Part shown: in pieces, positions 9,110 to 17,310 of the stretch
How positions within the stretch are numbered: position 1 is the first letter of the stretch
Layout: every line of letters begins with the position of its first letter
From: an uncultured Candidatus Saccharibacteria bacterium
GTDB lineage: Bacteria > Patescibacteriota > Minisyncoccia > Phycocordibacterales > UBA918
DNA: 64,000 nt
Assembly (NCBI GenBank): GCA_964353135.1
Contig: CAYGTV010000004.1
Span: 3,963-67,962 of the forward strand
Direction of reading: 5' to 3'
Notes under the pieces: generated by a model
The model's database searches: none
Seen by the model: only the letters and a program-made list of their open reading frames with translations
Told to the model about the DNA's origin: nothing
Program-made: the position numbers and the translations under genes

Positions 9110-10141
9110 ATGTCTACTACCACTGCTCTGTACCGCAAATACCGACCCGAATCATTTGCCGACGTCCGTGACCAAGATCATATTGTAAGTGTTCTAGAAG
9201 GAGCAATCAAAAAAGGCGAAATCCCACACGCATTGCTATTTACCGGCACCAGAGGAACCGGTAAGACGACCCTGGCTCGACTATTTGCGGCGGCAATCGG
9301 TACATCTGAAATGGATCTGTACGAGATTGATGCGGCGAGTAACCGTGGAATTGACGATATCCGTGAATTAAAAGAAGCGGTCCATACATTGCCGTACGAA
9401 TCAGAACAAAAGGTGTACATCATCGACGAGGTCCACATGCTCACCAAAGAAGCGTTTAACGCGCTCTTAAAGACCCTCGAAGAGCCGCCAGCGCACGTTG
9501 TGTTTATCCTAGCAACTACCGAAGTTGAAAAGCTGCTTGATACGATTTTGTCGCGATGTCAGGTGTTTACCATGCGGTCACCATCACGAGCAGTGCTGGC
9601 TGAAACTGTCACAGACGTGGCTAAAAAAGAAGGTTTCACCCTCAGTCCTGACGCTGCTGACCTGATCGCAGTGGCAGCCGATGGGTCGTTTCGTGATGCG
9701 CTTGGCGTAACGCAAAAAGTCATTATGGCCTCAGGAGACACTATTGGTGAGGCGGATGAAGTGGCCGCGATTATCGGCGCTCCCAAGGTCGCCACAATGC
9801 AGGCACTGGTCACAGGACTGCACGAGAAAAACGTCGATGCGGCTTTGAGTGCCATCGCAGCCGCAAGCGCTTCCCAGGTAGACATGAAACTATTTGCCCG
9901 AGTTCTGCTCGAACACATCCGAGCAGTGATGTTGGTTCGCAACCAGCCAGCTAAAAAGGCCGATATCCTGGCTAACTTTGGTGGGGAAACTGCGACCCTA
10001 CTCGAGTCAATTGCTAGTGGCGAGACCGCTATTAATTCACACCTACTCCTGCGCTTCTTGCAGGCAGCAGAGCAAATCCAGCACTCACCAGTCCCACACC
10101 TTCCACTAGAAATCGCTGTAATGGAGATGGGAGAGAAATAG
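9110..10141 (+). CDS. dnaX: DNA polymerase III gamma/tau-like clamp-loader subunit (short form)
   Basis: YRKYRPESFADVRDQDHIV, a Walker A motif (GTRGTGKTTLARL), a DEVHML Walker B motif and an SRC motif (LSRCQVF). At 343 aa it lacks the tau C-terminal domains. Confidence 0.75.
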   Translation: MSTTTALYRKYRPESFADVRDQDHIVSVLEGAIKKGEIPHALLFTGTRGTGKTTLARLFAAAIGTSEMDLYEIDAASNRGIDDIRELKEAVHTLPYESEQKVYIIDEVHMLTKEAFNALLKTLEEPPAHVVFILATTEVEKLLDTILSRCQVFTMRSPSRAVLAETVTDVAKKEGFTLSPDAADLIAVAADGSFRDALGVTQKVIMASGDTIGEADEVAAIIGAPKVATMQALVTGLHEKNVDAALSAIAAASASQVDMKLFARVLLEHIRAVMLVRNQPAKKADILANFGGETATLLESIASGETAINSHLLLRFLQAAEQIQHSPVPHLPLEIAVMEMGEK

Positions 10142-10142
10142 T

Positions 10143-10775
10143 ATGAAAAAGGTTTATTTGGTAAGACATGGTGAGACATCCTATAATCGTGATCATCTAG
10201 TCCAAGATGGTTCAACTACTTTGACTGAGTTAGGTCACAAACAGGCTGAATTAGTAGCAGAACGTTTACAGTCTATAGATTTTTCACACTTGATTGTTAG
10301 TGATTATGAACGAACTAAACAGACGGCACAGCCAACGATAGAAAGGAAATCTATCGAGGCAATTTATACCCCTTTATTTCGAGAGGTTCGTCGGCCTAGT
10401 AGATTTTTTCATACCTCAAGAAAAACAGATGAGTATCAGAACTTTATGAAATTGGAATTTGAAAATTTTGCTAGTAATCCTGAGTGGCATGATTCAGACG
10501 AAGAGAATTTTGTCGACGCTTCAACTCGTGCATTAGAAGCACTGCAATTTCTAAAAAACTTAGACGGTGATGTTGCTGTCATTAGCCATGGACATTTTAT
10601 TCGTCATATTGTTGCTCAGGTCGCAACAAATCTACAATTAGATGGTCCAACATGGAAAAAAATGTGTCGATCATTTTTTGCTGTAAATACCGGTATTACA
10701 ACACTAGAATACAGTGCATCTGAGGACCATTGGCACATTCTTACTTTTAACGACATCGCTCACTTCGCGGAATAA
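10143..10775 (+). CDS. histidine phosphatase family protein (phosphoglycerate-mutase-like)
   Basis: An RHGE motif (VRHGETSYN) plus ISHGHFIR. The start codon overlaps the dnaX stop. Confidence 0.8.
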   Translation: MKKVYLVRHGETSYNRDHLVQDGSTTLTELGHKQAELVAERLQSIDFSHLIVSDYERTKQTAQPTIERKSIEAIYTPLFREVRRPSRFFHTSRKTDEYQNFMKLEFENFASNPEWHDSDEENFVDASTRALEALQFLKNLDGDVAVISHGHFIRHIVAQVATNLQLDGPTWKKMCRSFFAVNTGITTLEYSASEDHWHILTFNDIAHFAE

Positions 10776-10777
10776 TT

Positions 10778-11389
10778 ATGAAAGTGATATTTGTTCGACA
10801 TGGCCAAACTGGTGAAAACGTGGTGCATCGCCACCAGCCAAACAACACGCCGTTGTCTATAGAAGGGCGACGGCAGGCTGTGATGGCCGGGGAACGTATC
10901 GCAGCGATCAATCCAACCCACATTGTCAGTAGTCCACTGGTGCGATCACTCCAGACCGCTAGTTTGATCGCCAATGAGTGTGACATGATTCCGAGTATTG
11001 ACTACTCACTAGTAGAACTAGAGCGTCCGCCAACTGTGACTGGATATGGCCATATGAGTAGCCGCTCGCTGTTTTTCTATCTGTGGTGGTACTCTAGTTT
11101 ATCGCGCAGTGGTGAGTCGTACAGCATGATCCGCCAGCGGATTGCGATTGCTCGACAGAACCTAGAGCGACTCCCAGCTGATGCAACCGTTGTGGTGGTG
11201 TCACACTCAGTGTTTATCAGCTTGTTTATTGCTCATGTCTGCCGGACACACATGCTGGGTCCAGTGGGGATTGTGCGGGCGTTTTTTATGCTTAAAAAGA
11301 TGCCTAATACCGGCATGACCGAGTATGAGGTGTCGGTAGCACAAGGTCTCTGTGGTTGGGTGAGGACTAATGACTTGAATCTAAGCTAG
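10778..11389 (+). CDS. histidine phosphatase family protein (tandem paralog)
   Basis: VRHGQTGEN and VSHSVFIS motifs. It lies immediately downstream of its paralog. Confidence 0.75.
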   Translation: MKVIFVRHGQTGENVVHRHQPNNTPLSIEGRRQAVMAGERIAAINPTHIVSSPLVRSLQTASLIANECDMIPSIDYSLVELERPPTVTGYGHMSSRSLFFYLWWYSSLSRSGESYSMIRQRIAIARQNLERLPADATVVVVSHSVFISLFIAHVCRTHMLGPVGIVRAFFMLKKMPNTGMTEYEVSVAQGLCGWVRTNDLNLS

Positions 11390-11485
11390 ATTCTGGCACT
11401 ATAGTGCCACCAGGGAAGAAAAGTGATGAAAGAGAAAAGACCTATTGCCCGATCATTTATGGTTAGGTGCACAGGTTACGATCAT

Positions 11486-11556
11486 TGCCCGATCGTCTAG
11501 TGGTAGGACTGCGGTTTCTGGTACCGTCAACCGGGGTTCGAGTCCCTGTCGGGCAG
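11486..11556 (+). tRNA. tRNA-Gln (anticodon CTG)
   Basis: Manual fold gives acceptor TGCCCGA/TCGGGCA, D-arm GTC..GAC, anticodon stem GCGGT/ACCGT with loop TTCTGGT (anticodon CTG), and T-arm CGGGG-TTCGAGT-CCCTG. The CCA is not encoded. Confidence 0.8.
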
Positions 11557-11800
11557 CAAGCGGCACGCCTCAAACACGCAAGTGTTTGAGGCGTTTGCCG
11601 TTGCTTGTTCCGACAGGGACTCGAAAAAAGCTTCTGGCGAAGCCGGAACGAAAAGCCTTTCGTTCCGCACAGAAGCGCCGGGGTCGAGGGAGTGAGATAG
11701 TTTCAAGTCCACAGGACGAAGAAACTATCCACGAGAGTGACCGAGTCCCTGTCGGGCAGCCAACTCGTGCATAGCACGAAGAGCGTTAATGTAACGCTTA
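11557..11800 (+). ncRNA. structured noncoding element containing tRNA-Gln 3'-end duplication and its inverse complement
   Basis: Hairpins at cgcctcaaacac-gcaa-gtgtttgaggcg, ggaacgaaa-agcc-tttcgttcc and gatagtttc...gaaactatc. The inverse complement of the T-arm (tccgacagggactcgaa) sits at 11609-11625. An 18-nt direct repeat of the tRNA 3' end (cgagtccctgtcgggcag) sits at 11742-11759. Confidence 0.45.
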
Positions 11801-11851
11801 TCTTATTTTGCATAGCTTAGCAAAAGTTATGAGAAGCTATATAATTAACAA

Positions 11852-12415
11852 ATGGAGATTTTATGCCAAGTTATTGAATTTATTTTAGGATACGACTTTC
11901 AGGTATCTTTCTGGTCAGGTATAGCCGTATCTGTAGTTGTTGGTTTTGTTGTGTATCAGTACACGGATGTCTTCAAATGTCCTAATCTGTTCTTTGTGGT
12001 AAAGCAAAACGGATCATACAGAGACACTATTCTTCTGACAGATGATGGAGAGTGCTACACAGCAAGATTTCAGTTTTCAATAAAAAATACTGGAAACAGG
12101 CCAGTAAAAAGTAACGAGGGTTATTGGCATTTATATTTAAAGGTAAATTCTCCTACGATGTTTTCCGCACCTGAAGAGGATAGTCACAGCAGGGGTGCTA
12201 TTGAAGGCACAATTTACCCTGGTTCTTTTTACGATATCAATTTAGTGTACGAGCTAAAAATTAAAAAAGAAGACTTGATGGGATCTGAAATACCATATTT
12301 TTTCAGTACTGATTACGGTCAGTATCCAAAAACTGCCGTGGTTAACCAAAATACTGGTAAGGTTCTTTTTAAGAGTATGGGCTACATCAAATTTGAATTA
12401 CCAGAAACGAAATAA
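11852..12415 (+). CDS. hypothetical membrane-anchored protein (AT-rich cassette)
   Basis: 187 aa with an N-terminal TM helix (IAVSVVVGFVVYQY) and a beta-rich C-terminal region. Its low GC contrasts with the flanks. Its stop overlaps the start of the next ORF (TAATTATG). Confidence 0.5.
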   Translation: MEILCQVIEFILGYDFQVSFWSGIAVSVVVGFVVYQYTDVFKCPNLFFVVKQNGSYRDTILLTDDGECYTARFQFSIKNTGNRPVKSNEGYWHLYLKVNSPTMFSAPEEDSHSRGAIEGTIYPGSFYDINLVYELKIKKEDLMGSEIPYFFSTDYGQYPKTAVVNQNTGKVLFKSMGYIKFELPETK

Positions 12416-12417
12416 TT

Positions 12418-12990
12418 ATGACCAGTCCTTTTGAGTTAATAAAAGATTCCACGCTCCAATTTATATTCCTCTTTTCCAATGCTGAAGGTTTCTATATAAG
12501 CGCTCGCAGAGCATTGGCTTACGGATGGGTGCCTGTAGGTTGTTCAAATGCCCATCAGTCACTAGAACTATACATAAAAGCTATTCTTAAACTAAACAAC
12601 GAGGAAGAAAGAGGTCATGACCTAGTTAAACTTTTAGAAAAGTACAGCGCTAGAGACCCGTATTTTGTTTCAATACTTAACGACGAACAAAAAGCTAAAT
12701 TCTTAAACCAATTATCAGAGGGTTATTTGACACACCGATACGGAGAGGCTGGGTCTAAATCAAATTCACAGGAAATCATATTCATACTAGATGAAATCGT
12801 CTTCAATTTGAGGAAAATCTATTTGAGAAACATTAAGTCTCCGTCAGATAAGATATATGTTCCTTTTAAACTTCAAGAGGAGTTTCTACTAAACAATCAT
12901 AAATTTACCTTTAGTGATTTAACCAAAAATCCAATGGCTCAAATTGGTCTACCAATTGATATGGAGTTGCCAGAGGGCTTTGATCAATAG
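12418..12990 (+). CDS. hypothetical protein, possible HEPN-like domain
   Basis: 190 aa. The segment AHQSLELYIKAILKLNNEEERGHDLVKLLEK matches the HEPN helix pattern a.qalEkalKAlL...HDLv.Ll. A THRYGEAG segment follows. No canonical Rx4-6H motif is confirmed. Confidence 0.45.
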   Translation: MTSPFELIKDSTLQFIFLFSNAEGFYISARRALAYGWVPVGCSNAHQSLELYIKAILKLNNEEERGHDLVKLLEKYSARDPYFVSILNDEQKAKFLNQLSEGYLTHRYGEAGSKSNSQEIIFILDEIVFNLRKIYLRNIKSPSDKIYVPFKLQEEFLLNNHKFTFSDLTKNPMAQIGLPIDMELPEGFDQ

Positions 12991-13380
12991 TATTTCTAGT
13001 TTTAATGTATTTAAATTTATCGACTGCACGAGACGCGTCGAAATTGATTCTGAAAATATACTAAAACCGTCAAGCAGGGCTTGGCCGTGTACTGTTCTAG
13101 CCCGAGACGGCCAGCAATATTTAAACAGTAGCTATAATGTTAATCATAGAGTATGAATAACAATCTAGTCATTATAGTGATGTTAATCCTCGGATTTATT
13201 TTAGGAGGTATTGGTATCTACGAACTATTCATAAAATAGTTCGAACATCTTTCTCTGGAGGTCCGACCTCTGGAGAAAGGAACACACAGTTTTCTCTCCT
13301 AAGATATAGTTACAACCTAAAACAGAAAATTCACTAATCAATGCGACTGGTCTGGCTGATTGTGAATAATTAATTTGAGA

Positions 13381-13417
13381 CTAATCCCGCAGAATGACCG
13401 TCATTCTGCGGGATTAG
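13381..13417. promoter_or_regulatory. 37-bp perfect palindrome upstream of tdk
   Basis: ctaatcccgcagaatgac-c-gtcattctgcgggattag. It lies about 70 bp upstream of the tdk start and downstream of the AT-rich cassette. Confidence 0.5.
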
Positions 13418-13488
13418 GCTGTTTAGGCCTTTATTTGCTACTCTTACATCAAGTCGTATTGGTAGGGTTGATTTGCTACAATACACTC

Positions 13489-14070
13489 ATGGCAAAACTC
13501 TATTTCTGTTACTCGGCGATGAACGCGGGGAAGTCGACCAATTTACTGCAGGTGGCTTATAACTATGGTGAGCAAAACATGGGTACGTACCTGCTGACCG
13601 CTGCACTGGATGATCGCTCTGGCCAGGCCGGTAACATTGCTTCGCGGATAGGGATTGAAAAAGAAGCGGCTACGTACCAGGCGGATACAGATTTATATAC
13701 AAAGCTAGTAGAGGAAGTAGATGCTGATATGGCTGCGGTTTTGATTGACGAGGCGCAGTGGTTGTCTGACGCCCAGGTGTGGCAATTGGCCAGGTTTGTC
13801 GATGTGAAAAAGATTCCGGTTATGTGTTATGGGATACGGACTGATTTCCAGGGCAAGCTATTTCCGGGCTCACAGGCGCTGCTCGCGATTGCGGACGAGC
13901 TACGCGAGATACGCACTATTTGTCACTGTGGGCGCAAGGCGACGATGGTACTGCGGCTGGACGCACAAGGAGAGGTATTAAAAGACGGTCCACAGAACTA
14001 CGTCGGTGGAAATGAGTCATACAAATCAGTCTGTCGTCGACACTGGCTGGAAGCGATGGGGGAGTTATAA
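13489..14070 (+). CDS. tdk: thymidine kinase
   Basis: MAKLYFCYSAMNAGKSTNLLQ P-loop, a C-terminal zinc ribbon (CHCGRKAT...CRRH) and a TGCTACAAT box 6 nt upstream of the ATG. The longer ORF starting at 13375 is an N-terminal artefact that crosses the palindrome. Confidence 0.85.
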   Translation: MAKLYFCYSAMNAGKSTNLLQVAYNYGEQNMGTYLLTAALDDRSGQAGNIASRIGIEKEAATYQADTDLYTKLVEEVDADMAAVLIDEAQWLSDAQVWQLARFVDVKKIPVMCYGIRTDFQGKLFPGSQALLAIADELREIRTICHCGRKATMVLRLDAQGEVLKDGPQNYVGGNESYKSVCRRHWLEAMGEL

Positions 14071-14122
14071 AAGAGAAGAGGCTGCCTGGGAAATTCCAGG
14101 CAGCCTCCTTTGCTTGATGTAC

Positions 14123-14560
14123 TTAGTCCATGCGAGTTTGAACCAGACCCATGTCGGACAGCATGTGGTTACAGAAGACACAGTTTGATGAGCCTTCGCA
14201 CCCACACCTGCTGTCGCCAGCAAATTTTGCGCGAAGTTGTGATTCGGTCATAGACCGATGTAGGGCGCGTTGCTTGGCTACTTTACGATCATTGTATGCC
14301 AGACTCCAGTCCTGCATATTTTGACCGAATTCTGCCAACCTGGTGGTCAGCCACGCCCAGAATATCTGTAGCGTCCCAGTCATCGTCTCTTCGGGATGCT
14401 GGAGACGTTGTGCCTGTGGTGCTGCGATCGGTGCCGGTGCTGTTTCTTGTGGTTCCGCTGCCTCAAATAGAGGGATTGGTTTTACTGCTGGATAGGCGCT
14501 AGTGCCTGAAAGAACGGTATTCATTACTTCGAGTTTCCTATTTTTCTTGGTTTGCTGCAA
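14123..14560 (-). CDS. hypothetical protein
   Basis: 145-aa ORF with no recognisable family. Confidence 0.4.
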   Translation of the reverse strand: MQQTKKNRKLEVMNTVLSGTSAYPAVKPIPLFEAAEPQETAPAPIAAPQAQRLQHPEETMTGTLQIFWAWLTTRLAEFGQNMQDWSLAYNDRKVAKQRALHRSMTESQLRAKFAGDSRCGCEGSSNCVFCNHMLSDMGLVQTRMD

Positions 14561-14649
14561 TTCCTTCGAAACGAAGGAAAGGAGACAATACGTGTTTAGT
14601 TGATCGGGGTCAACTAAACTGCTGTGGGTAGTGATTTAGGACACAGAAA

Positions 14650-14682
14650 TGCAAAATCGCCAGCAATTGCTGGCGATTTTGA
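14650..14682 (-). terminator. rho-independent terminator (for 14695-15126 minus-strand gene)
   Basis: aaatcgccagc-aatt-gctggcgattt hairpin. On the minus transcript it is followed by TTTTGCATTTC. Confidence 0.6.
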
Positions 14683-14694
14683 AGCGTCCTCAGT

Positions 14695-15126
14695 TTATCC
14701 CTTGCTGGCTTTGAAACAGTCAAGGCACTTGAGGTTGGCGTTGCCGCGCGGCTCAAAGGGGAGTGAGGTGATGGCTGCGCCACACCCGGAGCAAGACCAG
14801 TTCCCAGCTACTTTTGGTTTTGTCCCACTTGAGGCTGACCCCGCTGCAGCTGGTGCAGAATCCTCTAGTCCGGCAAAAGCGCCTTCATCAGGCATTGGTT
14901 CTGAGGCACTGCTGCCGTATTCATCAAAATCTGGAGCATCATCCATCGGTGGAGCTTCGCTAGCGGTCGCCATTTCTGGGATTGGTTGCTCGGCTTTTTC
15001 TGCGTCTTTGGTTTTTCCGTAGCAGGCGCGGCAGGTTAGTCCACTTTCACTTCGGGGTTGAAATGGGAGTTGGGTGATTGCTCCTCCACAACTACTGCAT
15101 TTCCAATTTCCTTCGTACATTGCCAT
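14695..15126 (-). CDS. tandem zinc-ribbon protein (internal duplication)
   Basis: Two copies of the motif GNWxCSxCGxAITxLPFxPRxxxxLxCxxC (residues about 6-36 and 110-140), separated by an acidic Ala/Pro-rich linker. Confidence 0.6.
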   Translation of the reverse strand: MAMYEGNWKCSSCGGAITQLPFQPRSESGLTCRACYGKTKDAEKAEQPIPEMATASEAPPMDDAPDFDEYGSSASEPMPDEGAFAGLEDSAPAAAGSASSGTKPKVAGNWSCSGCGAAITSLPFEPRGNANLKCLDCFKASKG

Positions 15127-15188
15127 ATTGATTCACGGTTATTCGTTTAGTGTTTTCTAGTATACATCATGGATGAAGGCTGCCCAAA

Positions 15189-15461
15189 ATGACAAAATTT
15201 GGTATAGTGACACTAATGAAAGAAACCTGTCACATGTGCCTGGTTCTGCTCGAGGTAGAGCATGCAGAGCGAGAGCATTCCGATTACTGTAATTACTGTT
15301 ACCAGAACGGGCAGATTGTATATAAAAAAGACGATATTCACGACTTCCGTCGACGGTATTTTGATAAAATGTACGCCGAAGGTTCCAACGAATTTGTGGC
15401 CCGATTTCACACCCTTTTGATCGGGTCCGCTCCTTACTGGAAAGAAAAACGAGGTCTATAA
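15189..15461 (+). CDS. small putative zinc-binding protein
   Basis: CHMC...CNYC four-cysteine arrangement. An alternative start is MKETCHMC at 15216. Confidence 0.4.
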   Translation: MTKFGIVTLMKETCHMCLVLLEVEHAEREHSDYCNYCYQNGQIVYKKDDIHDFRRRYFDKMYAEGSNEFVARFHTLLIGSAPYWKEKRGL

Positions 15462-15464
15462 TTT

Positions 15465-16469
15465 ATGATACAAGGCCGAGTAATCGAAGTTCAGCGAGTG
15501 CATATTACAGTTGCTCTACCTGACCAAACGGTATTAGCCACTGTGCGTGGTGAATTTCATGCCTCAGGTGACTACCCAAAAGTCGGGGACTGGGTACATG
15601 TCAGCCTAGTTGACTCAAGTGAAGAAGCCCAGGCTGTTATCGAAGAGATTCTTCCGCGTGAGACAACTATCGAACGTCTGGATCAAGAAACCCTCCAGCC
15701 ACAGATTCTGGTTACAAACGTAAACCTCATTTTTATCGTCATGGGACTAGATGGTGATTTCAACATCAGTCGCCTAGAGCGCTACTTGGCGCTCGCCAAC
15801 CAGAGCCATATTGCACCTGTGGTAGTACTAAACAAGGCCGATATGGCCGAAGATCTGGACGCTCAGGTGCAGCAAGTGTTGTCAGTCGCGTCTGAACATC
15901 CTGTAATTGTTACCACAGCCACTACTGGCGAAGGGCTCGAAGCGATTGCTATGCATATTAAACCTGACACAACCGCGGTGTTGCTTGGTTCATCTGGTGC
16001 AGGAAAGTCGACTATTACTAATTGGCTACTGGGTAGGGATGCTCAGGAGGTGAATGATGTAAGGGAAGATGATAGTCGTGGCAGACATACAACAACTACC
16101 AGACAGTTGTTTACCTTACCTCAGGGTGGTTATCTGATCGATACCCCGGGAATGCGTGAACTGAGTTTGGCTGATAGTGAGACCCTTGAGCAGGATCATT
16201 TGATAGAACGGATTGAGTCGCTGGCTTCTGAGTGTCGATTTTCAAATTGTGATCACGAGAAAAGCGATGGGTGTGCAGTGCTGGCAGCTATTGAAGATGG
16301 AGAGATCGATGAGCGGTCGCTTGATAACTACTACAAATTAATGCGCGAACGATCTTGGCTGCAGGATAAGACTGCCGGAAACAAAAGTCGCTACAAAGAA
16401 CAGACTAAAAAACGTAGCGAACAAGCTAGAGCAGCAGTTAATCGGAAACGTTTGGCCAGAGGCCGGTAG
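15465..16469 (+). CDS. rsgA: ribosome small-subunit-dependent GTPase A
   Basis: Circularly permuted GTPase order (VLNKADM, then GSSGAGKSTITNWL, then DTPGMRE) and a C-terminal zinc finger (CRFSNCDHEKSDGCAV). Confidence 0.85.
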   Translation: MIQGRVIEVQRVHITVALPDQTVLATVRGEFHASGDYPKVGDWVHVSLVDSSEEAQAVIEEILPRETTIERLDQETLQPQILVTNVNLIFIVMGLDGDFNISRLERYLALANQSHIAPVVVLNKADMAEDLDAQVQQVLSVASEHPVIVTTATTGEGLEAIAMHIKPDTTAVLLGSSGAGKSTITNWLLGRDAQEVNDVREDDSRGRHTTTTRQLFTLPQGGYLIDTPGMRELSLADSETLEQDHLIERIESLASECRFSNCDHEKSDGCAVLAAIEDGEIDERSLDNYYKLMRERSWLQDKTAGNKSRYKEQTKKRSEQARAAVNRKRLARGR

Positions 16470-16501
16470 GGCGTGTATACTAGAGACGTAATTTTATTGA
16501 T

Positions 16502-17254
16502 ATGAACGAACATCCACAACAACCAATGATTGTCGTTGCGACACAACCACTCTGGAAAGACTTACTCGTACCAGCCTCAATCGTGATTGCTGGAATTGCG
16601 ATCGGGCTAGGTTTGTTTATGAGTGGTGGCACAGCTACGCCGGCTCAAATCGCCGGACAACCAGCGCCAGCAGCTGAGCAAGAAGTAGATCGAACTGACC
16701 AAGTTGCTGAAGTAACAGAGGCAGATCACCGCAAGGGGCCAGTTGACGCACCAATTACCATTGTTGAATACTCTGACTTTGATTGTCCGTTTTGTAGTCG
16801 ATTCCATGACTCTATGAATGCACTGGTTGCAGCAAACGATGATGTGGCCTGGGTGTACCGACACTTCCCGCTAGAACAGCTTCATCCACAGGCAGAGGGA
16901 GTAGCCCTAGCGTCAGAGTGTGTGGCAGATATTGCCGGTCAATCAGCCTTTTGGAGCTTTACAGACGGCTACTTTGCCGCTCGGGGAGCACGAGATGCAA
17001 CGCCACACGATGTACTGGTGCCACGTTTAGCAAACGCAGCTGGGGTAACTACCGCCAGTCTGCAAGAATGCCTTACTAGTGGTCGAATGCAGGCCAATGT
17101 TCAGGCTGATATCGACAATGCTATTGCTACGGGTGGACGAGGTACGCCATGGAGTATCTTGATTGGACCAACCGGTAAAACCTACCCAATCAATGGAGCA
17201 CTTCCAGAGGCAGCGATTCAGCAAGTCATTCAACTAGCACGAGACGAAGCATAG
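16502..17254 (+). CDS. DsbA-family thiol:disulfide oxidoreductase
   Basis: N-terminal TM helix and a thioredoxin CPFC active site (VEYSDFDCPFCSRFH). Confidence 0.8.
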   Translation: MNEHPQQPMIVVATQPLWKDLLVPASIVIAGIAIGLGLFMSGGTATPAQIAGQPAPAAEQEVDRTDQVAEVTEADHRKGPVDAPITIVEYSDFDCPFCSRFHDSMNALVAANDDVAWVYRHFPLEQLHPQAEGVALASECVADIAGQSAFWSFTDGYFAARGARDATPHDVLVPRLANAAGVTTASLQECLTSGRMQANVQADIDNAIATGGRGTPWSILIGPTGKTYPINGALPEAAIQQVIQLARDEA

Positions 17255-17267
17255 TCTAGTTTTGATA

Positions 17268-17300
17268 CAAAAAAGCGGACCTATGGGTCCGCTTTTTTGT
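17268..17300. terminator. bidirectional rho-independent terminator
   Basis: aaaaaagcggacc-tatg-ggtccgcttttttg, placed between convergent genes. Confidence 0.8.
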
Positions 17301-17310
17301 ATTTGGTTAG

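Noticed and set aside
11445-11774. 109-aa plus-strand ORF spanning the tRNA-Gln region
   Set aside because: It overlaps a well-folded tRNA-Gln and the hairpin-rich repeat element. It is Arg/Ser/Pro-rich, as expected from translating structured GC-rich RNA, so it is not a real CDS.
13235-13275. Apparent inverted repeat tctttctctggaggtccgacctctggagaaagg
   Set aside because: On inspection the arms are direct copies of ctctggag around a short palindromic centre, not a true complementary stem. It is too weak to call as a feature.
13375-13488. N-terminal extension of tdk ORF (MRLIPQNDRHSAGLGCLGL...)
   Set aside because: The extension reads through the 37-bp palindrome and precedes a TGCTACAAT promoter box. 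The true start is the ATG at 13489 (MAKLYFCY), which matches thymidine kinase N-termini.
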